Source: an uncultured virus (IMG/VR IMGVR_UViG_3300042321_002025)
Lineage: Duplodnaviria; Heunggongvirae; Uroviricota; Caudoviricetes
Strand: one strand, 5' to 3'
DNA length: 64,000 nucleotides
IMG/VR virus record: IMGVR_UViG_3300042321_002025
A program made the translations under genes and the position numbers. Positions 19,896 through 28,553 of this stretch are shown one piece after another. The notes under the pieces were generated by a model that saw only the letters and a list, made by a program, of their open reading frames with translations, made no database searches and was not told the origin of the DNA. Within the stretch, counting starts at the first letter, position 1, and every line of letters starts with the position of its first letter.

Positions 19896-20369
19896 ATGGA
19901 AGAAAATAAGAAATCGAATACTGCCAAAGGCCGACACAGTTTCGATGCCGAGATAGGTGGAACTCTGGTACCTTTCCTTAACAGAAACATATCAGAATAT
20001 CCCACAGAGGCAGGCGCAGTTAAATTTGAACTGGTACCTGTAACTCAACAAAAAGACTTAATGATTAACCATGCTAGGATGTATGCCCAGCAGGAATACG
20101 ATAGAATCATGGAACTGGTCTCTGTATTACAAAAACAGGCTGACGATATTAAACGCAGATTAAATGTCACGGATGCTGTTCATGCTGCTGTGTACCAGTT
20201 TTCACCAGTAATGGGACATATCTATTGGTTAGTATGGGATAAAAGAAAACAACACATACTCCTCACACAGAATGGCCCAAACGATTGGACTAGTGGTGTA
20301 CCTGAAGATTATGAATATCAGACACAGGTAAAGTATATGGGTGACCACACATGGATGGAAATAGTTTAA
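19896..20369 (+). CDS. conserved hypothetical protein (DUF2452-like)
   Basis: YPTE.G..KF; coiled coil; F.PVMGHIYWL; DHTW ending. Confidence 0.6.
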   Translation: MEENKKSNTAKGRHSFDAEIGGTLVPFLNRNISEYPTEAGAVKFELVPVTQQKDLMINHARMYAQQEYDRIMELVSVLQKQADDIKRRLNVTDAVHAAVYQFSPVMGHIYWLVWDKRKQHILLTQNGPNDWTSGVPEDYEYQTQVKYMGDHTWMEIV

Positions 20370-20487
20370 TATAAGAAAGGACTTTCATACAATATGAATA
20401 TAACAACTGATGTATCTGGTAAATGGGTACCAATCCAAGATGTTCTGAAACTATTGGAACGAATACAAGAACTGGAGAAACAAATCT

Positions 20488-20760
20488 ATGGATCCCGTTA
20501 AACTGTATAGAGAACGCTTCTGGTATCTCTGGAACCTCCTGAAAAATTTTTTTACGTCTGAATACTCCTGTACTGGTTATTGTAACCAAGGGAGAAACTG
20601 TACCTGTAGACCTCCCGATATAAGTGGTACTATTATCAAACTCCATAAACTTTCGAGAACCATAGAGGACCCCGAAGAAAGTATTAAGGTCCGATTACTT
20701 GCTGATGAGCTCGCTAAAATTGGCAACCGGCTCCACGAAAAAAAATCTGAGAATCAATGA
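20488..20760 (+). CDS. hypothetical protein with Cys motif
   Basis: CTGYCNQGRNCTC. Confidence 0.5.
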   Translation: MDPVKLYRERFWYLWNLLKNFFTSEYSCTGYCNQGRNCTCRPPDISGTIIKLHKLSRTIEDPEESIKVRLLADELAKIGNRLHEKKSENQ

Positions 20761-20954
20761 TACTGAATAAGAGAAACTCTCAGACCGCACGGTGGGACCA
20801 CGATAATAATAAGTGGTCAGTCGGTACTAGAGAATATCAATGGTATCACGAAACAACCAAAGAGGAATCTCCGTGGATGGACCTCGATGCAGCATTGGTC
20901 TGGATCAAGGAACGGGACCAGAAAAAAAATATGGAGAATTTGAATCATGGGTAG
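20757..20954 (+). CDS. hypothetical protein
   Basis: 65-aa ORF, ATGA coupling. Confidence 0.45.
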   Translation: MILNKRNSQTARWDHDNNKWSVGTREYQWYHETTKEESPWMDLDAALVWIKERDQKKNMENLNHG

Positions 20955-21189
20955 AAATTATCAAGGATCTGGTGCAAAGTCAGACAATGAAGTATCCAGA
21001 GAAGCCAGTAAGGCCTCATGGTATAAGACCAATAAAACCATACAACTGAATGATAGGTATCGTGCCTATGTCAAGACGGTACCAGAAGGTGAACGACAGA
21101 TGACCTTTCTGGAATTCAAAGAAACTCAGAAACCTCCTAGGAAAAAATTCCAGAAAAAACGAAAACCTAGTGGAAGCCCCAGAAAATAA
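20947..21189 (+). CDS. basic hypothetical protein
   Basis: 80-aa ORF. Confidence 0.45.
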   Translation: MGRNYQGSGAKSDNEVSREASKASWYKTNKTIQLNDRYRAYVKTVPEGERQMTFLEFKETQKPPRKKFQKKRKPSGSPRK

Positions 21190-21546
21190 AAATTCGAGAA
21201 AAAGAGTTTGACCTGGTGGAGCTTTTTTAGCTTATCACTATACTATGGCCCTCCCGCCCTTACACCATATAGTCGTTTTCATAGCTGCCCTCCAAGCAAG
21301 ACCAGGCAAGGCGCTGTATAGCAGTCCCGAAGCACTCCGAAGCAGTATCCGTAAGACTCTATCACCACTCCCATACAGTATCCCACTCAATCCCCACACG
21401 GCGCCCAAAGCTGCCACACAACCCTCCGAGCCGTACCACCTCTAAGCGTTTTCGAGCGTCCTCGTGAACCCCGACCAATTCTCCAGTAGTCCGGTCAAGT
21501 ATTATCCATAACCGGATCAACCACTTACCGCATGCAAAAATAACGC

Positions 21547-21574
21547 TTGACGGATACCAGAATACCTGTATAAT
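21547..21574 (+). promoter_or_regulatory. early promoter
   Basis: TTGACG-N16-TATAAT with the same CCTG-TATAAT context as the 14008 and 28285 promoters. Confidence 0.75.
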
Positions 21575-21607
21575 TATCTCATTAACTCAGAAAAGAAAGG
21601 TTTTAAA

Positions 21608-21883
21608 ATGTTTTCATATATTGACACCATCCAGAATTTACCGGTTGCTCAGAAGCGCTCACTAGTCAAATCCATTAAGGAAATGATTAAGGAAGATATC
21701 GCCTCCAACCGTACCAGTAAGCAGCTAGCTAGCGCCGCTAAACGTGTAGAGCGTGAAGCCCGCAAGGCGGAACGCATCGCTAAACTAGAAGCAAAGCTCG
21801 AAGCACTCCGCAATCCTGTCGGTGTTAAAGCAGTTAAAGCTAATCGCAAACCTGGTAAGGTTACCACTACCACTTTCGCTTAA
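21608..21883 (+). CDS. basic early protein
   Basis: 91-aa Lys/Arg/Ala-rich ORF right after the promoter; AAAGG SD. Confidence 0.7.
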   Translation: MFSYIDTIQNLPVAQKRSLVKSIKEMIKEDIASNRTSKQLASAAKRVEREARKAERIAKLEAKLEALRNPVGVKAVKANRKPGKVTTTTFA

Positions 21884-21933
21884 TAGTGAATTTATAATGA
21901 TGCTTCGCTGAGGTGTCATTAGTAAATTTATTA
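21884..21933 (+). promoter_or_regulatory. long intergenic hairpin (putative RNase III-type processing site)
   Basis: 11-bp lower stem, single G bulge, 12-bp upper stem, 3-nt loop; many G.U pairs. Confidence 0.65.
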
Positions 21934-21941
21934 GGAAAATT

Positions 21942-22151
21942 ATGTTAGATAATATTAGAGAATTACCACTAGCAGATAAAAAAACACTATTAGCTATGCT
22001 TCAAGCAGATTTAGGGCTTACAGTTAATGTGGATATTACAGTAGATAAACCTACATGGTATCAAATAGAAACCCGCCGCTGTAATGAGATAGCTATAGTA
22101 AAGCGTAGTGGTGGACAGGTAATCTATACAGACTTACAGAGCTGTGAATAA
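21942..22151 (+). CDS. early hypothetical protein
   Basis: 69-aa ORF with AGGA SD; N-terminus resembles the 21608 ORF (I.ELPLADKKTL vs I.NLPVAQKRSL). Confidence 0.6.
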   Translation: MLDNIRELPLADKKTLLAMLQADLGLTVNVDITVDKPTWYQIETRRCNEIAIVKRSGGQVIYTDLQSCE

Positions 22152-22195
22152 GCTCTATTATTCTCTGAATAGCTTAGATATGCTCTAGGATACTC

Positions 22196-22310
22196 AGGAA
22201 ATGGTAGGAAACAGTAGGAGAATCGTGGAAACAGACTAAGAGCCGCAATGGTACTCTATGCAGCGACACAATCCACGATAATCCCACTTTTTCACACTTT
22301 ATCCCACTTT
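22196..22310. repeat. two opposed sets of 10-bp-phased short repeats
   Basis: (A/T)GGA(A/G)A at 22196/22206/22216/22226; ATCCACGATA, ATCCCACTTT, TTCACACTTT, ATCCCACTTT at 22271-22310. Confidence 0.6.
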
Positions 22311-22343
22311 CTATATTACTTTTGGTTATATAAGAGGTTTTGT

Positions 22344-22406
22344 GTGTTGTTTTGTAGCAACATATTGCGGATTTATATTGATTTACTCTACCATTTTCTG
22401 TATAAT
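22344..22406 (+). promoter_or_regulatory. early promoter with upstream palindrome
   Basis: GTGTTG-TTTTGTAG-CAACAT; TTGATT-N17-TATAAT. Confidence 0.7.
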
Positions 22407-22444
22407 GGTGGTATTATTGAATTATTTGATTAGGAAATTATATT

Positions 22445-23221
22445 ATGAAATTATTATCTACTGGCAATCCTAAGATTTTGAAAGGTTTGGCACAAGGTTA
22501 CAATACCTACATTTTGCATCTTGCGCCTGCTTCATTATCTGGACATAATACCTGTCCTAAGGCAACGGTTGGTTGTATTGCTTCTTGCCTTAATCTGGCA
22601 GGTCGTGGTGGTATGTTTAAGCGTGGTGAGTCCACTAATGTTATTCAGCAAGCTCGTATCCGTAAGACTAAGCAATTCTATGATAACCGTTCGGAATTCA
22701 TGGTTGATTTAGTTAAAGATATTGAATTAGGTATCAAGCAGTCTAATCGGTTAGGTTTAGTACCGGTGTTTAGATTGAATGGCACCTCTGATTTATCATG
22801 GGAAAAGTATGAGGTTGTGCGTAATGGTGAAGTCTTTACTAACATCTTTGCAGCTTTCCCTGATATCCAATTCTATGACTATACCAAGGTGATTGGTCGT
22901 AAGGTTGCTGACATTGACAATTACCATTTGACCTTTTCTATGGCGGATGGCAATTATATGGATTGTAAGCGTGCGGTAGAAGAAGGATTGAATATTGCTG
23001 TGGTGTTTGGTATCAAGAAAGGTACTGCAATGCCTAAGAAATTCTTTAATCACAATCTATCCGTATTCAATGGTGACGATAGCGACCTACGCTTTCTTGA
23101 TCCTAAAGGTTGTGTGGTTGGTCTATATGCCAAAGGTAAGGCCAAGAAGGATACGAGCGGTTTCGTGAAATATCCAGTTGGAAATTATTCGTTCACTATC
23201 AAATTAGATAAGGCGGCATAA
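22445..23221 (+). CDS. Gp88-like phage protein (Cys-motif, radical SAM-like)
   Basis: TCP.AT.GC...CL..AGRG, RLNGTSD, FYDYTK, YHLTFS and GDDSDLRFLD motifs. Confidence 0.75.
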   Translation: MKLLSTGNPKILKGLAQGYNTYILHLAPASLSGHNTCPKATVGCIASCLNLAGRGGMFKRGESTNVIQQARIRKTKQFYDNRSEFMVDLVKDIELGIKQSNRLGLVPVFRLNGTSDLSWEKYEVVRNGEVFTNIFAAFPDIQFYDYTKVIGRKVADIDNYHLTFSMADGNYMDCKRAVEEGLNIAVVFGIKKGTAMPKKFFNHNLSVFNGDDSDLRFLDPKGCVVGLYAKGKAKKDTSGFVKYPVGNYSFTIKLDKAA

Positions 23222-23222
23222 T

Positions 23223-23414
23223 ATGAAAACATTTAAAAATGTTAGATATGAGGTTAGTTGGTACGAACCTAAGTTTGGTTGTAATGATATTAAATCAATA
23301 TCCAATTATAATAAAGCGTTATCATTGTATAATGAAAAGAAATTGGAAAGAAGGCGCCATGTATCATTGGAAAAAATTGTATCAGTATTAACTAAAGAAT
23401 TTATTACACCGTAG
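23223..23414 (+). CDS. hypothetical protein
   Basis: 63-aa ORF. Confidence 0.5.
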   Translation: MKTFKNVRYEVSWYEPKFGCNDIKSISNYNKALSLYNEKKLERRRHVSLEKIVSVLTKEFITP

Positions 23415-23456
23415 TTTTATAGTAACCATTCTATGAGTGGTTATTAGTAAGATTAT
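23411..23456 (+). promoter_or_regulatory. long intergenic hairpin (putative RNase III-type processing site)
   Basis: 9-bp lower stem, G bulge, 12-bp upper stem, 3-nt loop; same architecture as the 21884 hairpin. Confidence 0.65.
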
Positions 23457-23471
23457 TAAAAAAGAGGTAGT

Positions 23472-23615
23472 ATGAGTTATATGAAAAGAACCTATGAAGA
23501 AATCATAGAGTTATACCAAGATGGTATGACCGAAAAGCAAATCGCTAAAAAGCTCGGTGTTGATATTAAATTGGTTAGAGCGGCCATTGAGTGTTATACC
23601 GATTATAAAGAGTGA
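23472..23615 (+). CDS. small helix-turn-helix protein (47 aa)
   Basis: IIELYQDGMTEKQIAKKLGVDIKLVRAAI; GAGG SD; below the ORF track cutoff. Confidence 0.65.
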   Translation: MSYMKRTYEEIIELYQDGMTEKQIAKKLGVDIKLVRAAIECYTDYKE

Positions 23616-23881
23616 TTATGCTTGAAATGACTTATTTGGATAAACTGTTATTAACTCGGTTTAGTATTGGTTTAGTATTATTATTAATTGGAGTATTATT
23701 ATGAATGTATATGTTGTGAAATCTGGTCAATTTATTGACCTTGTTGGATGGGAATGGTTAAATCTTCGTGCCTTTTCTGATTATGATAAAGCCGTAAATT
23801 TTAGTAAAACGGTAGAAGAGCAGATTATGAATTTTGAAATGGAATCTGTTGAAATTGAAGAATTAACATTGGAGGCGTAGT

Positions 23882-24169
23882 ATGTTCGGTGGTAAATTGT
23901 TAGTGAGCACTAGGAAGCAAATTGAAGGCACCCATCGCATGCATTCATACCAAGATACTTGGGAAGATTCGGTGGACATTTCATATGATGGTGAATTGAC
24001 ACCAGCGGTATGCAGAGCAATCTGTGAAGCATGGGAGAAATCTGGTCGTCTTGGCACCAATCAAAGTGGTTATGGTGCATTAAGATGGTCAAATGCCGAT
24101 ACCATACTTGGTGTGGATGTAGTAAGGCGCCAGTTGCGCTTAGGTTGTTCGGTTAATCTGTGTGATTAA
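23882..24169 (+). CDS. hypothetical protein
   Basis: 95-aa ORF with GGAGG SD. Confidence 0.6.
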   Translation: MFGGKLLVSTRKQIEGTHRMHSYQDTWEDSVDISYDGELTPAVCRAICEAWEKSGRLGTNQSGYGALRWSNADTILGVDVVRRQLRLGCSVNLCD

Positions 24170-24196
24170 TCCACAATAGTTGACCAATTTGGTCAG

Positions 24197-24243
24197 CTAT
24201 TATAAAGGGTTCTTGACATTTTTGGTAGAATCCTTTATAATAG
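24197..24243 (+). promoter_or_regulatory. consensus sigma70 promoter embedded in a 17-bp inverted repeat
   Basis: TTGACA (24213)-N17-TATAAT (24236); arms CTATTATAAAGGGTTCT / AGAATCCTTTATAATAG. Confidence 0.7.
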
Positions 24244-24338
24244 GGAGAATTATGTTAGTAGCAATAAACATATGTATTTTGTTGTATATGGTAGCATCAA
24301 GTTTTTTAATTTATTATGTAATTAAGGAGTATTAAACT

Positions 24339-24869
24339 ATGCCAAATTGGTGTAATAATAATATTGAGCTTTATCACGAAGATAAAGCAATGGTAGAACG
24401 GGCAGCCAAAGCATTTGCTGATGGCACATTTTTGAATGAATTTATTCCATTGCCTGTTGAATTGAAAGATACCACATCACCAAGTGAAACCAATGAAGCA
24501 TTGGTGGAGAAATACGGTGCTTCTGACTGGTATTCGTGGTGTGTGAATAATTGGGGTACCAAGTGGGATATCTCGCCATATGGTTCTGAAATCAATGAGA
24601 ATGGCGTATTAGTTGGTGCTTTTGATAGTCCATGGGGTCCTCCAATTGAGGCATATGCAAAGTTGGAAGAATTAGGCTTTGATGTTAGGGCCTACTATCA
24701 TGAACCTGGTATGGGTTTTGCTGGAATGTATGAAGGTTCGGATGAATGCTACGATTATTCTGGCATGAATGCTGATGAAGCGGAAGAATATCTGCCTGAA
24801 GCCTTGAATGAAATGTATGGTATCACCGAATCAATGCGTGAATGGGAAGAGGAGAACGAAGATGAGTAG
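24339..24869 (+). CDS. DUF1281/YubB ferredoxin-like domain protein
   Basis: MPNWCNN, DWYSWCVNNWGTKWD, FDSPWGPP and EPGMGFAG motifs. Confidence 0.8.
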   Translation: MPNWCNNNIELYHEDKAMVERAAKAFADGTFLNEFIPLPVELKDTTSPSETNEALVEKYGASDWYSWCVNNWGTKWDISPYGSEINENGVLVGAFDSPWGPPIEAYAKLEELGFDVRAYYHEPGMGFAGMYEGSDECYDYSGMNADEAEEYLPEALNEMYGITESMREWEEENEDE

Positions 24870-25068
24870 ACGCCGTGAAATGATTGAAATGTTGGTTGAT
24901 AATGATATTGATAGTATTATGGCTGATGCCAATCAAAATGATTTATCAGTATTGGCAGAAATTTTGTATACTGGTTTTAAAGGCTACGAAAACTACACCG
25001 AAGAACAATTGGTGCAGGAAATGAATGAGCGTGAGCTTTGGAATGCTTGGTTTAAGGAGGCCGTGTGA
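24862..25068 (+). CDS. hypothetical protein
   Basis: GAGGAG SD; GFKGYENYTEEQL motif. Confidence 0.6.
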   Translation: MSRRREMIEMLVDNDIDSIMADANQNDLSVLAEILYTGFKGYENYTEEQLVQEMNERELWNAWFKEAV

Positions 25069-25608
25069 ATAAATTTAAAGTAACGATTGCCTCGACAATC
25101 TATTATGAAGCAGAGGTTGAAGCAGAATCAATAAAGAATATTCACAATCAATTTGACGGCGGTGATTTAGATTTTACCACATGGAAAGAAATTGATTTGG
25201 AATCTAGTGTTTTTAATATAGTGGAAATTGAATAATATTATGGGAATGTTATATACAATACAACCTGATGATTTGGAACCAATTGAGTATACCCATTATG
25301 ACTGTTGGGAAAACAATACAACATGGTATGATGTCGTCAGAGAGTGGGAAAAGACTTTAGGTGTTGGTTTATCTAAAGAATCAACAGCGGCCACAATGAT
25401 GTCTTTGCTTAGCAATGGATATGATGTATATTGTGGTGATGAATTTATTGAAATATATGAAGGTAAACATAATGAATAGATGGGAATTTACAATTAAAGA
25501 ATTAAAGGCATTACAACAGAAAACGCCAGATACACCACTAATTGTTGAGGCGTATGTGGAGTGGGTTTTACTAAATGGTTATTCTATTAAAAAGAATAGG
25601 GCGCATAA

Positions 25609-25818
25609 GTGTCAAACAGTATCTTAAAATGGTCGGCAACAATTATTACCTTAATTGGTGCAGTATTGACAGCCGCCAATCTATATCCTTATAATATCTA
25701 CGCATTCAATATAGGATGCGTATTATGGATAATATGGGGATATAGAATAAGAGAAAATTGTATTATTTTAGTGAATTCCGTATTATTGTCCATATATCTG
25801 GCCGGTGCGTTGTTTTGA
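25609..25818 (+). CDS. small membrane protein
   Basis: Hydrophobic, 2-3 TM; LTAANLYPYN motif. Confidence 0.55.
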   Translation: MSNSILKWSATIITLIGAVLTAANLYPYNIYAFNIGCVLWIIWGYRIRENCIILVNSVLLSIYLAGALF

Positions 25819-25901
25819 TACAACACTTTGATAAAAATTGGCCAAGTATTGTTATCGGAGTATGCCATGTTGGTTGTGGTATAGTCCAATACCTGTATAA
25901 T
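25807..25901 (+). promoter_or_regulatory. early promoter with a more distant palindrome
   Basis: GCGTTG-TTTTGATA-CAACAC (25807-25826); TTGTGG-N16-TATAAT. Confidence 0.6.
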
Positions 25902-25929
25902 GGTTTGTATTGATTGATTAGGAGATATT

Positions 25930-26214
25930 ATGTTGAAATTTGAAAATGTTGCAAAAGTTGGTGATATTATCCGTGCATATGATTTTAAGCCATGTGCAGG
26001 TCGTGATGATGCTTTTATTGAAGGTGTTGTAGAACAGGCCAATTGTAATGAATCTGGTTTTAATTCTTACAAGGTCACGGTGACAGTTGATAAGTTTAAG
26101 AAATACGAAACTAAACCTAATCCTCGTAATCGTGTAGGAAAGATTGTATTTGTTCCACATCAAACGAGTTTTATGGAATTTGATTTTCGTGTAATTAATT
26201 TGAGTAGAGGTTAA
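25930..26214 (+). CDS. early hypothetical protein
   Basis: VGDIIRAYDF motif; AGGAG SD. Confidence 0.7.
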   Translation: MLKFENVAKVGDIIRAYDFKPCAGRDDAFIEGVVEQANCNESGFNSYKVTVTVDKFKKYETKPNPRNRVGKIVFVPHQTSFMEFDFRVINLSRG

Positions 26215-26215
26215 T

Positions 26216-26419
26216 ATGGATATTAGTAGAGCGTGTAATATTGTTCAAGAAATGGCCAAACATCGTGGTACAGGTATTTTGGAAATTTTACAAGAATATG
26301 ACAAGTATCAGGTGGATGGTAAATGTGACCATTTTTGGCCTGATGAAAATACGGCGTGCCGTGTGTTTATGAATGATGCTCGTAAAATGTTTACACCAGT
26401 AGAAAAGGAAACTGTATGA
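26216..26419 (+). CDS. hypothetical protein
   Basis: 67-aa ORF with GAGG SD. Confidence 0.6.
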   Translation: MDISRACNIVQEMAKHRGTGILEILQEYDKYQVDGKCDHFWPDENTACRVFMNDARKMFTPVEKETV

Positions 26420-26733
26420 AACTAAATTATCAACAGAAAGAAGATATTATGCAATCTATATTTGCTAATCATCTTTCACCAATTGGTTTTCGGTCAGTTT
26501 ACAAAGCTGTGCCAATTGACAATTATGAACAAATCAAGCAATTTATTGATTTCACCAAGTATTTTGTAATGTTCCGTGGTCCACGACCAAGCTTTAATCA
26601 AAGTTCTACCCGTAAGCGTGATGCAAAAGCGTTTGATGTGTATGAGCGTGATGCACGGACTGTCCGTGAGCTTCGTATTGAGCGTGAGGCATTTTTGCGT
26701 GGTGTTGAGTATAAAAAATCGCATACGGTGTAA
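26416..26733 (+). CDS. hypothetical protein
   Basis: 105-aa ORF; FRGPR motif. Confidence 0.65.
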   Translation: MKLNYQQKEDIMQSIFANHLSPIGFRSVYKAVPIDNYEQIKQFIDFTKYFVMFRGPRPSFNQSSTRKRDAKAFDVYERDARTVRELRIEREAFLRGVEYKKSHTV

Positions 26734-26894
26734 CTAGTTTAATCCGATGTGCGTAGTAATGTGTAGGAAAATCACATTGCTTGGTCTTACTGGAGGAATA
26801 TCCGTGGCAGACTTTAAAAAGCCAAAACAGCGGCTGATAGTTTTTTGGTTTCAACTGAGATAATGTAAACCAAACCTTATTTTTTGGAGATTAT

Positions 26895-27086
26895 ATGAGT
26901 AGAGTGATTAACAGATTGATTAGTGAGTTGGTAGAAGATGGCATGGTTCAAATGAAAAAGCTAAAAAAAGCTGAATTGATTGACCTTACCAAAGATTTGT
27001 TGACTGATAATTTGCGTGAATTGACTGACGATACAATTATCAAAATTTATGAAGAGCGTTATAATACTAATTTGAGTGGAGTTTAA
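26895..27086 (+). CDS. hypothetical protein
   Basis: 63-aa ORF with GGAG SD. Confidence 0.6.
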   Translation: MSRVINRLISELVEDGMVQMKKLKKAELIDLTKDLLTDNLRELTDDTIIKIYEERYNTNLSGV

Positions 27087-27088
27087 TT

Positions 27089-27538
27089 ATGGGCACCAGA
27101 AGTTTAACATTTGTATATGAAGAATCCAAGAGTGGTGAGGCCGCAGAGCGTATTGTCAATATGTACCGCCAATACGATGGTTATCCAACAGGCCATGGTG
27201 CTGAGTTGGCAGAGTTTCTATCGAGCGGTACAATGACCAATGGCTTACGCCTTGGTGCCAATGAGAAATTCTTCAATGGCATGGGTTGTTTGGCTGCACA
27301 GATGATTGCAAATTTCAAACAATCATCTGGTGGATTTTATATTCATCCTGTTGTTCAACAATCATGTGGACAGGATTACGAATATCATATTTTGAATGTT
27401 GATGGTGAATTCAAAATTGAAGTGTATTATTGTGGTTGCAATATGTTTGGTATGAGTAGTGATTATGATAGTGAAGTTATTTTCTCTGGTTCACTGCCTG
27501 AATTTGTGGAGTTCTGTAAAGAAAAGGAAACAGCATGA
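27089..27538 (+). CDS. conserved phage hypothetical protein
   Basis: MGTRSLT...YRQYDGYP..HG...NGMGCLAAQ motif. Confidence 0.75.
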   Translation: MGTRSLTFVYEESKSGEAAERIVNMYRQYDGYPTGHGAELAEFLSSGTMTNGLRLGANEKFFNGMGCLAAQMIANFKQSSGGFYIHPVVQQSCGQDYEYHILNVDGEFKIEVYYCGCNMFGMSSDYDSEVIFSGSLPEFVEFCKEKETA

Positions 27539-27717
27539 GTTATGATTCAGATTTTGAAAGTGTATACATGGTTGAATTTGAATCAGGTCGTACCATCCAT
27601 GTGAGCTTTTATGAAGTTCAAGAAGTGAGAGAGTATTGTGCTGATGAGCATCCAGATGAAACCATCAAAATAATTTATAAAGAAGTTTATGTTGGTGGCG
27701 AGGAAAACGAAGAATGA
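27535..27717 (+). CDS. hypothetical protein
   Basis: 60-aa acidic ORF with AAGGA SD. Confidence 0.55.
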   Translation: MSYDSDFESVYMVEFESGRTIHVSFYEVQEVREYCADEHPDETIKIIYKEVYVGGEENEE

Positions 27718-27886
27718 ATTATTACCTCGTAGAATTTGTGGATGATTCGGTTCATACTCAATATGAAGAAGTGACCGCCATTTCAGCACAAGAGGCGGTG
27801 TATAGTATTAAATTTGGTTGGCCTAACGCCAAGATTTGGAATGTTTGGATTGATTGTGGTGAAAACGACCAATGGAAAGATGAATA

Positions 27887-28288
27887 ATGGGTATATCAGC
27901 ATACAAAGAAATTACCGAATGGAATGAACCAGATTTTGTGGTGCCTAGTCATACCTATTTGTTTGATGGTAAGTCTAATATATTGGCCTATGCTCGTGAG
28001 AGTGATGGTGAGATTAAGATATTCACCAAACCAATCCCAATGGATACCCGTAGGCGTAAATTTGTCAAAGTGAACCATAAAGGTTTACAATCAATTGCAG
28101 TAACTTTACAATCAACCGAAAAAACTTTACAATCAGACTTTCCTAATTGGCAGGTGAAATCGGATAGTGGTAAAACCTATACCGTTGAGTTGATTGGTGG
28201 TAAATATCATTGTAATTGTATTGGTTATGGTTATCGTGGTAAATGTAAACATTCGGAAAGTGTTGCTAAAAAACAACAGGCTGGTTGA
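27887..28288 (+). CDS. SWIM zinc-finger protein
   Basis: SDSGKTYTV....CNCIGYGYRGKCKH. Confidence 0.8.
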   Translation: MGISAYKEITEWNEPDFVVPSHTYLFDGKSNILAYARESDGEIKIFTKPIPMDTRRRKFVKVNHKGLQSIAVTLQSTEKTLQSDFPNWQVKSDSGKTYTVELIGGKYHCNCIGYGYRGKCKHSESVAKKQQAG

Positions 28289-28312
28289 CATCCTGTGTGG
28301 TACCTGTATAAT
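28260..28312 (+). promoter_or_regulatory. early promoter with upstream palindrome
   Basis: GTGTTG-CTAAAAAA-CAACAG; TTGACA-N16-TATAAT. Confidence 0.8.
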
Positions 28313-28325
28313 GGTAGTTTAAATT

Positions 28326-28400
28326 GCACGGTTCGTCTATCGGTTAGGACATTGCCCTTTCACGGCAGGAAGACCAGTTCGATTCTGGTATCGTGTACCA
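28326..28400 (+). tRNA. tRNA-Glu (anticodon TTC)
   Basis: Acceptor GCACGGT/ATCGTGT, anticodon arm TTGCC-CTTTCAC-GGCAG, T arm ACCAG-TTCGATT-CTGGT, encoded CCA. Confidence 0.9.
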
Positions 28401-28553
28401 AAAGTATTAAAAGTATTAAATAGTAGATTATGAAAAGAAAAACTAGAGCACATTTCGTATTGTTTTGTAGTAATACACCATTCAAACCAAAAAGAGTGGT
28501 GTCAAAGGTCGCCTTCAAAAGGCGGGTTAAACATAAATTGAAAGATTTTCGTT

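Noticed and set aside
21245..21445. 66-aa ORF in the C-rich block
   Set aside because: No SD and atypical composition; more likely a by-product of the non-coding element
22248..22433. 61-aa ORF
   Set aside because: Runs across the phased repeats and a promoter; no SD
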